This document shows, piece by piece, positions 44,007 to 56,188 of a stretch of 64,000 nucleotides of DNA. The stretch's first letter is position 1. Each line of letters begins with the position of its first letter. The DNA is from Emiliania huxleyi CCMP1516 (taxonomy: Eukaryota), in contig NW_005201338.1 in assembly GCF_000372725.1 (NCBI RefSeq), positions 166,041 to 230,040 of the forward strand, read 5' to 3'. The translations under genes were made by a program, and so were the position numbers. The notes under the pieces are model-generated. The model saw only the letters and a list, made by a program, of their open reading frames with translations, ran no database searches and was not told the DNA's origin.

Positions 44007-46283
44007 TCACCAGTCGAACTTCTCCGTCCGCAGCTGCACGCGGAAGTCTCGCTCGATGCCGCGCAAAGCGTCGACCACCGGCTGGCTGCCGCCACAGTAG
44101 AGCATCTGCCAGGTGGCGAGTCGCGCTTGCCCGATCCGCTCGACGAAGGATCCCTGTCTCTTCCCCTTCTCCTCGGGTTTTGGAGGCCTGGGCGCGCTTC
44201 CCGCCTGGCTAAAGCGGGATTGCGCCTGCGAGCGGCGGTCACCGACCGACGCACGCTCGTGCTTGACCTTCGTCATGATTTCTCTCTCCATCGAGCGTCG
44301 GCTCATCAGCTCGCCCGGGTGCGATGATCCCTCCCACGCGGACATCTTGGACTTCGTCGACCCTATGGAGGCCCGTGGAGCGACGCTCCGCCGCTCCGCA
44401 GCGCTCCCTCGGGAAGTCAGCGAGTTCGCCACGCGCTTCACCATGTCTTTGATCCCGTCGTCGAACGCCTCGAGGCTCAGCCGTCGCGAGAAGGAGTCGC
44501 GGTTCCCTTTGTAGGGCGACGACGACCGTTCAGACGACGTGGTGGGCAGACCGGCGGTTTTGCGGTACGGCGATGTCGATCGGCTGGACTTGACGTCCAG
44601 CACCACCTCGTCCTCTTTGACGCTGGGGAGCTCCGACCGCATCGAGGCGTGGTCGTCATGCAGCTGACTCCGCTGCTTGCGAGGAACGGAGGGCGTGGGC
44701 GGCAGCGGTGGGGGCGGCGGCGGCGCCGCCGCTCCGAGGTCGTGAATCGGCAGCGTCAGGTGGTCGCTCGTTCGCTCGTTCGCCTTTCGGATGGCGCGCT
44801 GGTAGGCGTGCACGAGCAGGTCCGCCTCGAGCTTCTCAGCATCGAGGAGCAGGTCCTCAGGCAGGCCGCCGCCCGTCTCGACGCCGACGATCATCTCTTG
44901 GACGATGTTCTGCAGGTCGGGCCGCCCGTTGAAGATCAGCACGGTCGGCGGCAGCGCGCGCGGGAGCTCGAGCTGCCGCTTGCCAGTGTAGTAAATAAGA
45001 GTCCACCCGTCCGTGCTGAACTGGCACTTGTCGAGGTAAAACTCGACGAGGGAGGCGTCGCGGCACGACCAGATGAGGTTGACGCGCCGCTTCTCCTTGT
45101 AGGTCGTGATTAGCGAGAGGGCGGGCGTGATCCCGATCCCCGACGCGACGAGGATCAGGTTATCATACTCGCCAGCCGTCGAGTAGGGCGACGCGAAGGG
45201 GCCACTGATCCACGCCGGACGGCGCGTCGGCTCCTGCACGTGAGCGTGGAGCGACTTGGTCCAGTCGCCGACCGCGGACATGCACACGCACGCGTGGTTG
45301 GGCTTGGTGCTGTGGGCGAAAAGCGAGAAGGCGTGCCACCTACGAGTACAGCGAGTGCAGTTGAATACGGTTGAGTACGCGTCTCGTCGAGCGCTGCTGT
45401 GAATACGGCGATTTGTATGCATCTAGGGCATCGACTGGTACTGCGAGATCCAGGGAAGGCAGACGAGGACGTAGCCCGCGCCTTGAAAGTGAAAGCCGGG
45501 CGGGTGCTCAAAGGTGAGCTCGACGCCGTTTTCGAGCCGGTAGAAGATGGACGTGTCGACGCGGTAGGTGCGCCAGACCGAGCCAATAAGCATGTCGGCT
45601 AGGTACATGCCGACCGGGACGCCCATCAACCAGGCGATGTCCATGAGCGGCGCATGGAAGCAGATCGTGATGCCCCACACGATGGAGAGGTAGTGCAGGC
45701 CCTTGCGCCACTCCCACGCCATGCGCTTCTTGATGTACGCCACCGACAGGGGGACCGTGATGACGGGAATCAGCACAAAGCAGAGTAGGCCGCTCACGCC
45801 CGTTTGGTGCGTGAGCAGCAGTTTGGCGTTGCCCTGCAGCGCCCAGCGGACAATGTGGCAGACCGAGTGGAGGGAGTAGTCCAGCGCTACGATGTGGCCC
45901 GCGAGGGTGTGGATCGCGTGCAGATCGTAGAATGGGATGTAGATGGAGAGGTAGGTTTGTTGCAGGAGCGTTCGCAGATGGTTTGTCTTTGAGAGGAAAA
46001 GGAGCATCATCATCGGGTAGTTGAGGTAGGCGCTCGATCGCGACACGGCGAGCAGCGCGATAGTGTACCACTCCTCCGCACACACAGTCTCGCGGGGGCA
46101 TAGGCCCCATCCTCCTATGCCGTATGTGCCTCCATCTGCCGTCGAGTTGCGGTATTCCAACAGGCCGTACGGTGTCGGCGCAAAGGTGGTTATGACGATC
46201 CAGACAAAGGAGAACACGCAGCACAGCCGTACAAACAGCCCTGCGGCGGTCCAGGTGGCGAAATGATCAGCAATCGCGCCCAT
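44007..46283 (-). CDS. Ferric reductase / NADPH-oxidase-like flavocytochrome, intron about 45341-45435
   Basis: Transmembrane His pairs (HAIHTLAG..LHSVCH; KGLHYL..CFH), FAD motif WHAFS, GDWT, GPFASPY, NADPH motif LVASGIGITP, LIWSCRD, and C-terminal LYCGGSQPV..EKFDW. Confidence 0.9.
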
Positions 46284-47282
46284 CGTCAGCACAAATCCGA
46301 GTCCGAGGCGACTCGCGACTGGATGAAAACGTGCGTTCGCGTCGCAGTCGTAAAAGCAGCCTGATGAAATTTCCGCTTTCTTTTTTTGCACCGCTGGCAC
46401 GGGACTGGCACTGGCACTAATTCTTTTTCGTGCGGGGTAGTAGGCGTACATGACACACCTCATCAATGATTGTTTGTTGCGGGTGAATAGTCCTGTGGTC
46501 CATAGAGGCGTAGTCGCGCTGGCCCCCCTGGGACCCCGCGTGACTGTCAGAAGTCCTCCGATTCTTTTTTTCGAAGACTGAAGGGACGGCCGCCGGAGCG
46601 TTTCTTCGATTCTCGGGAATCCCCCACACCCTCCCCCCCCAGTCGGCGTACTGCCGCCCCCCGAGTGGCGGCGCCTGGCTTCATGTCTTTAGCATCCTGT
46701 GCCCGCGCAGCGCTCTTTTCAACAGCAACGGTGTCCTTGTTTGCGATCGTGTACCGCGGGCGACCTGTGGCAGTGCAAGCCCGCGAACTTCCCATCACCT
46801 TTGCTGAGCCCGCCGCGCATGGCAACGCACGACGACGAGAGAGCGGCCCTTTGGTGCACTCTGAAAATGTGTTCTTCACCCACGGGCCACAGGGAGCCTC
46901 GTCGTCATTTCGCACGTGACTCCTCATCGCGTGAAATACCGCTGGCGGCTGGGGCTGCTCACGGATCGTGCAAACCCCTCGCACAACAAGCGCGCGAGCC
47001 GGGGGACGTGGTCTTGGAGACGTGCGTGCGTCAACACCGCGTTCAAAGAGAAGCTTGGGACCTTGGCGTCGTCCCCCCACATCTTAGTGTACGTGTGTCG
47101 TCTCTGACTCTCGGTACAAGGTCCCCAAGTCGTGCATCTTGTGGTGAGTGAGCAGTCATTACACTTTTTATGCTGTGAGTCTAGCGCGATCGGCCCGGCT
47201 TGCTTAAGTTTGAGTTTTGATGTCGATCTCTCGAGGGGCCAAACACAAGCACAATCGCGCCTCCAAACTTTTTACGCAGTGA

Positions 47283-49582
47283 TCACTGCGACCCACCATC
47301 ACCGATCGCGGTACACTTCTCGGAGCTAGCGGGTGCGGTGAGGGATCGCGCAAAACTGTCGCCGTACCTCTCAAGCAGCCATAGTGCCACGCCGTTTGTC
47401 CATCCAAAGCCCACCTGGGGCGTGTATTCGCCGCCGCCGCCACTCTCGCCCGGCCGTGTCGCGTCGTACTTTTCGCGCATCACGCCGTCGCGCGCCCAGC
47501 CGCGGTGGTTCGAGCGGAGCCAGCGCAGCGCGAGGTCCTCGGCGAGCTCCGCTGCGCCGTCTGCTTCGCAGCCCGCCAGGCCCTCGACCAGCATCTGCTG
47601 CAGGGGCGGCCACGCGTTTGGCCAGTCCCACTGCTCGCCTATTCACAGCTGAAGCCGTGAAGCGGTGCTGCTCCGAAGCCACGCGGCTGGCCCGCCCCAC
47701 TGCTCGCCGCTCTCCACGAGCGTCGTCGCCACGCCGCCCTCCTGCACCAGCCCGCTGCGCCGCAGCGACTGCACCGCCGCCGCCTCGCGCTCAGCAGAGT
47801 GCTGGCAGGCCCACAGCGGAGTGAAGGAGGCCGCAGAGACCTGCTGCAGCTGCCCCCGCCCCTCCCACTCCACGTCGTGCCACCGCCCCGTCTCGCCGCT
47901 CCACATCCACTCGTCCATCGCCTACTCCAACCTCGCACAGCTCTGCGGCAACCACACCACGCGCACCGCAGCGCCTCCCGACCACCGCCTGGCGCCGCGC
48001 GCTCGCCGCGCGAGCATATCGCCGCGCCGCCACCTCCGCCGCCTCGACCGCCTCGGACACCTCCCCGTCCTCCTCCCCCCCCCCTTCCCCCTCCCCGGAC
48101 ACCTCCCCGGCCTGCCTCGCGAGCAGGAGAGCCAGCCTCGCGTGCAGCCGCTGCAGCGTCAGCTCGTTGCGCAGCCTACAGGGCGGGGCGCGCCGCTCGG
48201 AAGGGTGTCGCCGCGGCGGCCGTCCCTCCGCGTCTCCTCTGCACAGGATCGCGTTCAGCTCGACGGGCAGCACCTGCGGCGCGGAGGGGCGAGCCTCTCG
48301 CGAGGTCTCTCGCGAGGGGCGGGCGCAGATCCGCCACTCGTCAGCACTCGCCGCTCGGCTCGACGCACCGCAGCGGTGCGGAGCGACCTCAGCGGCTCCT
48401 CCTCCGCCTTGCCGCAGCCCTCCCCGCCGCCCTCTCCGCCCAGCTCTCCGCCCAGGAAGCGAGACGAGAAGTCCCAGCCCGACTCTGCGCACGCCGCCAG
48501 CTCGGACCACGCCCGCGCCTGTGCCGCCGGAGGCAAGCCCGCCGCGGTGGCCTCGTCCTCGCGCCACGACTCGGGCCTACGGACCACACAGACCACAGCC
48601 ACCGGCACGTCGCGCACGTGTCGCGGAGCCTCGCCCCCGCGACACGGCTCCGCAGGCCGGGGCGCGGAGGCGGCGACAACGTAGCGGTTGAGCAGCGCCT
48701 CGGCGTTAATTAGAGATTAATTAAACTCTAATTAGAGATTAATTAATCGTAGCGGTTGAGCAGCGCCTCGGCTCGCACGCCGTCCGCCTCGAGCCGGACC
48801 GCGCTGCGGCCGTCGCCGGTGCGCATCCACCACCCGTACTCCGCGTCGAGCGCCGGCAGCGCCTCGCGGAGAAGCCGCAGCGCCGGAGCGGCCCCCTCCC
48901 TCTCTGCTCCCTCCCTCTCTGCTCCCTCCCTCTCTCTCTCGGGCGGCGCGTCGAGGCGGGCGAGGAGGGCGGCGACCATCTGGGTGAGGAGGGGAGGCTG
49001 GGAGCGGTTGAGGTAGTACTTGCGCAGCCCGTTTGGGACGAAGCCGTGCCTCGCCACGCACTCAAGCAGGTTGCTGACCAGGCCGCGCGCCGTCGCGTCC
49101 ATGTCCACAGCGAGCAGTCCGAGCACCACCCAGTACGAGTCCCAGTAGTACGCCTCTCGGAAGCGGCCGCCGGGGACGATGACGCCGTGCGACAGCTCGA
49201 GCAGCGTGTGCCTGTCCGGCCGGCGCGCCGCCTCTGCGGAGAGCCGTCGGCCGAGCAGCGGCCACAGCCCGTTGACCGCCGACGCCCACTCGCGCACGGC
49301 GCCGGCCGGCAGCCTCGAGAGGAGCGCCGGCGCAGGCTGGTGGTCCTCTGGCCACCACGGCTCGAGCTGGCCCTCGCCCGGCTCCGCCGAGAAGACGGAG
49401 GCCACGAAGCGTCGCAGCTGCTCCTCCGACGGCGGCTGCGATAGCTCCTCCCAGCGGCGCCAGCACTCGGCAGGCGGCACCAGCAGAGAGAGGTCGACAA
49501 AGGTCTTGCAGTCGGGAAAGATGCTGGCGGCCTGCACGGCGGCGAGGATGGGGCCGGAGAGGAAGGGGTCCGGCCGGCACAT
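47283..49582 (-). CDS. TREH: Alpha,alpha-trehalase (GH37), multi-exon
   Basis: DCKTFVD, VPGGRFREAYYWDSYW, GFVPNG.R.YYLNRSQPP, PRPESWRED, AESGWDFSSR, QWDWPNAW, EKYD, GGGGEY.PQ.GFGWTNGV. Confidence 0.95.
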
Positions 49583-50793
49583 CAAAGAGATATACTGTGC
49601 TGCATGAATGGTTGGGCAAGTGTGAACAGCAGCTCGTGTCCACGGCGCCGCAGGCGCCTGTTGATGGGTCCAGGTGATAGCCCTGGATAGGCAATGCATA
49701 CGCCTAGTTGGGCCTCAGATCGCCCGACCGCGTCCCGGTGCTCTGTGGTCGGATTTGTGACGCCGCCGCACCGCGCCGCGGCCGGGGGCCCTCCGGAGGC
49801 CGAGGATGGCCGTGGCGGACCGGGACGAGCTCTGGGAGGTTCAGTGTCAGTGTATACATTGTAGAGACTGACCATGTGCACAATATCTCTCAGTCTAGCT
49901 AAGCCAGGGGAGGCGATTCCGGGGCCGTACAGCAGCTTGATGCATGATGGTGCTTCGCCGGCGTGCGTCCCGGAGCGGTCCCGGTTGGGCGGTCCGGGGG
50001 AGAAAACTCAGGACAACGCCGACACCGCTCTGATTCGACTTTTTACTTCAAACAAAGACAGTCGCACGCGCCACAGCGCGGCGCGTGCGACTGTCAGGAG
50101 CGGATCCGTCAGTTAGTTGTATTCACGCCGGGATCGTGTCCTGAGTAACTTGCCCAACCATTCCTCCAGCAGAGTATCAACAGCGAGCTGCTCCTCCTGC
50201 TGCCGCCGCTCCGCTCACCGAGACAACTCGGTGCCGCCTGCCGCCGTTCTCGCCGCCGCCGCCGCGCTGCCGCCTCGCGCCTTGCCTCCGTCACCGCCGC
50301 CCTCCATCTCGCAGCGGCGCGTCCCTCTGATGGCGCGGGCTCCTCGATGCGGGCTCCTCGCTCGTTGGCGCCTCGCCGCCGCCCCCCCTCTCGCCGCCGC
50401 TCCGCTCGTGGCCGCCCCATCCCCTGTCAATCCCGCCGCCTCCCCTGTCAATCCCCCCCACCCACCGCCGCCACCGCCTCGCGCGTTTAGCGGGCCTTTA
50501 AGCTTAGGAATCCTAAATAGAGGACAGCCTATAAAGAAAAGAAACGCAACGTCGAAGATGCCACCTTATCAACCAGAAAAATAGGCCCGCGCGTGCTGCG
50601 CGGGCCCGGCGAGCGACTAGCGAGCCAACCTGCTAGTGGTGAGAAATACACGTTCGTTAGATTGAAGCTTGCGCCCTCGTGGAGAAGAATTTCGAGGTCC
50701 CGCCATTGTTTTGTGAAGAGAAAAAAAGAGAGCGATGTGCCATGCGTACATAACATCGAAGGCTATAAGCTCAGAAAAAAGCTACATGTCGAT

Positions 50794-51765
50794 ATGCGCT
50801 TACCCCGCCGCGCGCTGCTGTCCCACTCGCTCAGCAACTCGCTCAGCCTCGTCGCGCTCTTCGGCAGCGCGCGTGTGCAGCGAGACGGGATAGCCTTCGC
50901 CGCAGAGCCTTCGCCGGAGGCCGTCGCGGGGGCAAAGGGCGCGTTCGCCGCGTTCGACCAGCGCGACCTGCCGCTCGCAGACCGCCTCTTTACGCAGACG
51001 ATCGAGGAGTGGCGACGGCTGGACCGCGGCGTGGAGGAGATCACCAGCCTGCTCGTGGCGCGCGCGGGCGTGCGGACAGATAACCGAGAGTTCTCGGCCG
51101 CCAAGGCCGACCTCGACGAGGCCATCGCCCTAATGAGACCGACGGGCGAGAAGAGCAACGGGCTCGGCGCGTACCGCGAGTACCCGGACGCATTCGTGCA
51201 GCGCGGCCTCGCCAACGAGGGGCTGCGAGACTGGCGTGGCGCCCTGAGCGACTACGACAAGGCGGTGAGCCTGTGGGGCGGAGCGGGCGACGGAGTCAAC
51301 CCCTACACGCTGACCTACAGGGCGCGCGCCAGGGCAGAGGTCGGCGACTACGAGGGCGCGCTCTCCGACTACCGCGGCGCGTCCTCCATCTTTTCCCGCG
51401 TGGACAAGAACGTGGAGCAGTCGTCCTTCGCGCGGGCGGGCGAGGCCGTGACGCTCTACGCGCTCGACCGGCGCGACGAGGCGGTGAGGGTGGCGAGGCA
51501 GGTCGTCACCCGCTTCCCGGGCCTGACGGACCTGCACGTCCTGCTCGCCGCGGACGCGTGGGACCGGGGCGATCGCGAGAAGGCGATCAAGGAGTGGTCG
51601 TTCGCTTGCGACGCGATCTCGACGGGGTGCGCAAAGTATCGCGACGTCAAGGAGGGCGGCTGGCTGGTGGAGGTCAGGCGGTGGCCCGCTCCGCTCGTGC
51701 AGAGGCAGCGCACCTTCCTAGAGGAGTCGCAGGGCGGGGTGATTATGGGGGCGCGCCGCAGGTAG
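50794..51765 (+). CDS. TPR-repeat protein, possibly organelle-targeted
   Basis: TPR-like helices LLVARAGVRTDNREFSAAKADLDEAI, AFVQRGLANEGLRDWRGALSDYDKAV and TLTYRARARAEVGDYEGALSDY. N-terminus has the RRALL motif. Confidence 0.82.
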   Translation: MRLPRRALLSHSLSNSLSLVALFGSARVQRDGIAFAAEPSPEAVAGAKGAFAAFDQRDLPLADRLFTQTIEEWRRLDRGVEEITSLLVARAGVRTDNREFSAAKADLDEAIALMRPTGEKSNGLGAYREYPDAFVQRGLANEGLRDWRGALSDYDKAVSLWGGAGDGVNPYTLTYRARARAEVGDYEGALSDYRGASSIFSRVDKNVEQSSFARAGEAVTLYALDRRDEAVRVARQVVTRFPGLTDLHVLLAADAWDRGDREKAIKEWSFACDAISTGCAKYRDVKEGGWLVEVRRWPAPLVQRQRTFLEESQGGVIMGARRR

Positions 51766-52005
51766 CTGAGCGGGAGTGCGTATATGTAAGGCTATAGGGG
51801 TACTAACCTCACCCCCCCCACCGCCCACTCATGTGCGTTTGGTCGTCCGGGGGTAGTGGAGTATCATCGCGCTGCCCTGGAATTTCTGTTTTCCTTGTCG
51901 GTCGCTCCGGCTCTCTGATGGAGAAAAGAAAGGTGTACCGCGCCCGAGTGGCGGCGGTAGCAGCCCAGCGAGGACGAGGAGACCCGTATATGGACTGACC
52001 GCACA

Positions 52006-54103
52006 ATGCTGTCAGTCCATGACGCGCGGCGCGCCGCGCGGGCAGGCGAAGTGGCAGCGCTCGAGCGACCGGCGCTCTGGCGCCGGGCGGCACGGCGCGC
52101 CGTCCGCCTCCGGCCTGGCCGCTACGGAGAGCGGCTGCGTGCAGCACGCGAGGGCGCTTGCCCGCCTTCGGTGGCCAAGCAGATCGAAAAGGACCTGCAC
52201 CGCACCTTCGGCTCGGTGAGCGCGCACTCGCCCGCGAGGATACATGCATGACCGCGGCTCGCTGCGGCGTGGACTCAGTCCGCCTCCGGACAGGTGCACG
52301 TGCGCGGCGTCCGGGTGCCGCAGGCGGAGGCGCTCAGCTCGCTCCGCAACGTGCTGCTCGCTTACGCGTCGCACAACCCTCGCGTCGGCTACTGCCAGTC
52401 GATGAACTTCGTGGCTGCGGTGCTGCTGCTGGTGGTGGACGAGGAGACGGCCTTCGCGTGCCTCGCGACGGTGGTGGAGCGGGTGCTGCAGGGCCACTTC
52501 GCCGACGACATGGCGATGAGCCTCGTCGACGGGTCCGTGCTGCGCGGCCTCCTCTCCGCCAAAGATCCGCAGCTGATGCGACACCTCGAGGAGATGCAGG
52601 CGCGGCGAACCCGAATCTGCAATGAACCCGAATCTGCAATGTAGCATTCCCATTCGACACCTCGAAGCGATGCAAGCGTAGCGACCACCAGCCCCGACCC
52701 TGGCCCTGGCCGCCTCCGCTGAGGAGCGCACCTCGGGGCGGTGCAGGTGGCGCCTTCCCTCGTGACGGCGCAGTGGTTGCTCACCTGCTTCGTCGCGAGC
52801 GCCATGCCGCTGAGTGCGCTGCTGCGCGTGTGGGACTGTCTCTTCCTCGAGGCGGGCGTGCTCGGAGTCAGAGGGAGAGGCACCAGTCGTGGTCGAGAGC
52901 AAGTGTTTGACTGTACTGCATCTCCCTCTAGGGCGACGCCGCCCTCCCCTTCCTCCTCCGCCTCTGCGCCGCGCTCTTCCTCTCGCGCAGAGACGAGCTG
53001 CTCGCGGCACGAGATGCGCCGAGATGCGCCGAGATGCGCCGAGATGCGCCGAGATGCGCCGAGATGCGCGCCTCCCCCTAGCGCAGAGTCGCCACGCGCA
53101 CCACGTGTGCATGGCTCGCAGGCGCACGACCCGGGTGAGGTGTACTTGCTGCTCATGCAGTCGGGCGCCTCTGTCGGCTCGGCGGTTCCCCTCCTCGCCG
53201 CCGCCTACGCGCTCCCGTGGGACGCGCCGCTGCTGCCGCACGCACTCGCACAGCTGCGCACCTCGCACGCGCGCTGCACACGCCCCGCCTCCCCTCCGCC
53301 GCGGGGCGGCGGCTGACGGCCCCGCACGCTGCTGCCGCTCTAGGCCGCCACCCTCGTCGCGGACGGCGCGCCGGAAGCGCTCGTGCTCGCCGCGCAGGCG
53401 GCTGCGGAGGGGGCGGGGGACGCGGCGGCGCTCGAGGAGGCGGAGGAGGGCGATGCGGAGGAGGGGGCGAGGGGCGAGGTGGACGGCGAGGGGGGCGGCG
53501 GTCCGAGCTGGTGCGGCTGGGGCGGCTGCCCGCTCGGCGAGGGCGGGGGAGGGGACGGGTGCGTTGGTGACGGGTGCATCGAGGGCGGCTGGACGCTGGT
53601 GGTTCGGCCGCGGGTCGGGGAGGGGGAGGGGGGGGCGCTTGAGGGCCCGCTCCTCGAGGGGCGACTGCACGCCTCCTCCGCCGAGCCCGAGCCCTCGGCG
53701 GGAGGGGAGGGAGGAGGGGCGGGAGGGGTCGCGGCGTCCCTCCCTTTGCTCGACCTTTGCTCGACGTCTCCCGGACGTGTGTTTGAGCCGAGCTGTAGGC
53801 GGGAGGGGACGCGTGGTCGCTCGTCGACCGCGACTGCCTCGGCGGCAGCGGCTGGCCGCGCTCGTCGCTCTCCTTCGTCATCCTGCAGCTCGAGACGCCA
53901 TCCTTCGTCGAGTCGTACTTCAAGCAGCAGGAGCAGCAGCAGCAGCCCAGCGAGAGCCACGCCGCGGCGGCCCCGACGCCGCGTGGTGCAGCGGAGGCGG
54001 GCGGCGGGAAGGAGTGGCTCCGGCGAGGCTCCATCGTGCAGCGGGTGATGGCCCGCCTCGACTCCCTCTCGGCCTCGCTGCTCGCAGCCTCGCCGAGAGC
54101 TGA
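52006..54103 (+). CDS. TBC-domain Rab GTPase-activating protein, multi-exon (3' end uncertain)
   Basis: QIEKDLHRTF (IxxDxxR), LRNVLLAYASHNPRVGYCQSMNFVAAVLL (YxQ), QWLLTCF..LRVWDCLFLE. Confidence 0.88.
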
Positions 54104-54347
54104 CGGAGAGGGCTGAGCGCGCTTTGGGTGTACGGCTTTACGCTTGAGTGTACGGGAGAGGTGAGGCGCGCGGTACGGTAACTTGGCCGTTGGGAAGGCG
54201 CGGAATGTGCGCGGATGTCAGTGTGTGGTTTTGACGTATTGACGATGTGTTCTCTCTGTTGGGCGTGCGACATAGACAACAGCACGCAGGTTTCACGGTG
54301 GTTCACCTCTCCCCAGTTGCCCACAGACCCCCCACCCCCCTGCCCCA

Positions 54348-55975
54348 GGAGCGGCCGCACACTGCTCGGTACCCCCCCCTGCACCAAGCTGCAGAACATG
54401 TGCGAGCCAGCGCCTACGCCGCTCAAGGAGTCAGGCGCGGAGCGCCGCGCGCGGAGCGCGCCCCGAAGAAAATTTTGAGGGTTGAGGAGGGGGGCTAGGG
54501 CGTAGGGGTGCGATTTCTATTTTAAGAGTTGACTCACACGCTAGGAACCACTCGGCCCACCCACAGGCCCAATCTCAAGTGGCGGCGCTCCGCGCCTGTG
54601 CAGCGGCGCGCTCCTCGCGTGTTCTGCAGCGGCGCGCTCCGCGCGTGTCTCTGGGCGCTACATGCGGCCGTCGCCGTGCCCTTCATCAACCGTGCGCTCG
54701 AGAACTGGGGCGGGCTCAACTGGGAAGACCGCTTTCACCACAACGACAGGTCACATGCACAGAGGGGCGGCATTGGAGCTTCGCTGCAGCGGGGTGTGGT
54801 CATGACGCGGAAGAAGGCAGAGACACAGCGTCTGCCAGACGCGTGCTACGACGTCAGGCCAGCTTCGAAGCAGCGTGGCCACAACTGACTGCAACAGACT
54901 GTCTTCATGTGTCTAGACTCGCCGGTACCGCGGTGCGCTCCGCGCACATAGGTGCCAGCGCGCTCCGCGCGGTATCTAGCCAGCGCGCTCCGCACGTGTG
55001 TCTAGCTAGCGCGCTTCCGCGCGTGTGTCCAGCTAGCGCTTCCGCGCGTGTGTCCAGCTAGCGCGCTCCGCGCGTGTGTCCGGGTAGCACCAGCGCGCTC
55101 CGCGCGCACGATAATCCAGTGCCTACACTTGTAGGCACTGAAAGCTTGTTTCTGCAGCTTGGCCCCTGCACACCTAAGCCCATGGCCGACCCCCCCCCCA
55201 CAGCAGCAGCGCTCTGCCTGTGGGGGGTGCTGGCATCTCTGTACAGACAGCAGCTGTAAGTAGCATGCGTTCGAGTTGCGAGAATTTATGGTCGGCATGG
55301 GCATCAAAATCAGTGGTCTCACCGGCGGGGCCTCCTACTGCCAACCGGGCGGTGCGGGGCACGCCAGCCTCTCTTCTACGCCTCTCGTGCCTCGCGGCGC
55401 CTCTGCTTCAAGGAGGGAAGATACGGCTCTCGCAGCCCATCATACGCCGTGGCGGACCTGACAGTTTTGCCGCGACGGGCGCGCGCGCGTTTTCGAAAAA
55501 AGGAAAGGACGCGGGGATGACAACTCAGTCAATCGATTTGCGATAAGCGAGCGATCCGAGGATCGAGCGGGTGGGCGATAGGCTAGGGAGATCAGCGCTG
55601 ATCGATCAACACGTCAGCGAGACGCCCGAGTGAGTGGCTCACTATACGCGCCTATGTGTGGTAGTACAAGAGATAGACTCACCATGGTCACAAGTCTTTA
55701 GTAAAACGTCAGCACTCGACACGACGAAGGTGTATTGGGCTCGAAGGCGCGGTGAACACAACCGCCTCGAGCGTACCGCTCAAACACGAGCCGAGGGGGC
55801 GGGAGCGGGGGGGCGGCGGGAGGCGGGAGCTGGGTCCAGTGCGCTCTGCTGCTGGGGGGGGACCCCCCCCCCCCAGCAGCAGCGCTCTGCTGCTGGGGGG
55901 GTCAGACCCCCCCCCCTAGCAGCAGGGACGGGCTTAGAAGTGCAGGGGGGGTACCGAGCAATGTGCGGCCGCTCC
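54348..55975. mobile_element. Non-coding segment bounded by ~36-bp inverted repeats (MITE-like)
   Basis: GGAGCGGCCGCACA(C/T)TGCTCGGTACCCCCCC(C)TGCAC at 54348-54384 and inverted at 55940-55975. Internal ~26-bp AGCGCGCTCCGCGCGTGTGTCCAGCT tandem repeats near 54930-55110. No clear TSD. Confidence 0.6.
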
Positions 55976-56188
55976 AGTGGTAAGTTGAAAGTTCTCTCCC
56001 CCTCCCCCACGCCAGTGTGAGTGAGCAGTGTGAGAGCCAGTGTTCTCGTCTCGTGTTTATGGAGAGGGGGGGGGGAGATAAAACAATATTGGCAGGGTCG
56101 ACGCACCCCCGGACTGAGCGGAGAGATCCCAGGGTAAAGACGCTGGGCTGTCCGGCGGCGCCGCCGCCGACACCGGGACCGACACTCG

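Noticed and set aside
53008..53070. (GAGATGCGCC)n and similar short tandem repeats in introns (6770-6830, 28030-28130, 28615-28660, 35465-35520)
   Set aside because: Ordinary intronic minisatellites with no boundary duplication or element structure.
54522..54560. TTAA|GAG as the definite left terminus of the Sola3-like element
   Set aside because: No matching inverted CTC|TTAA end was found downstream of the transposase within the window.
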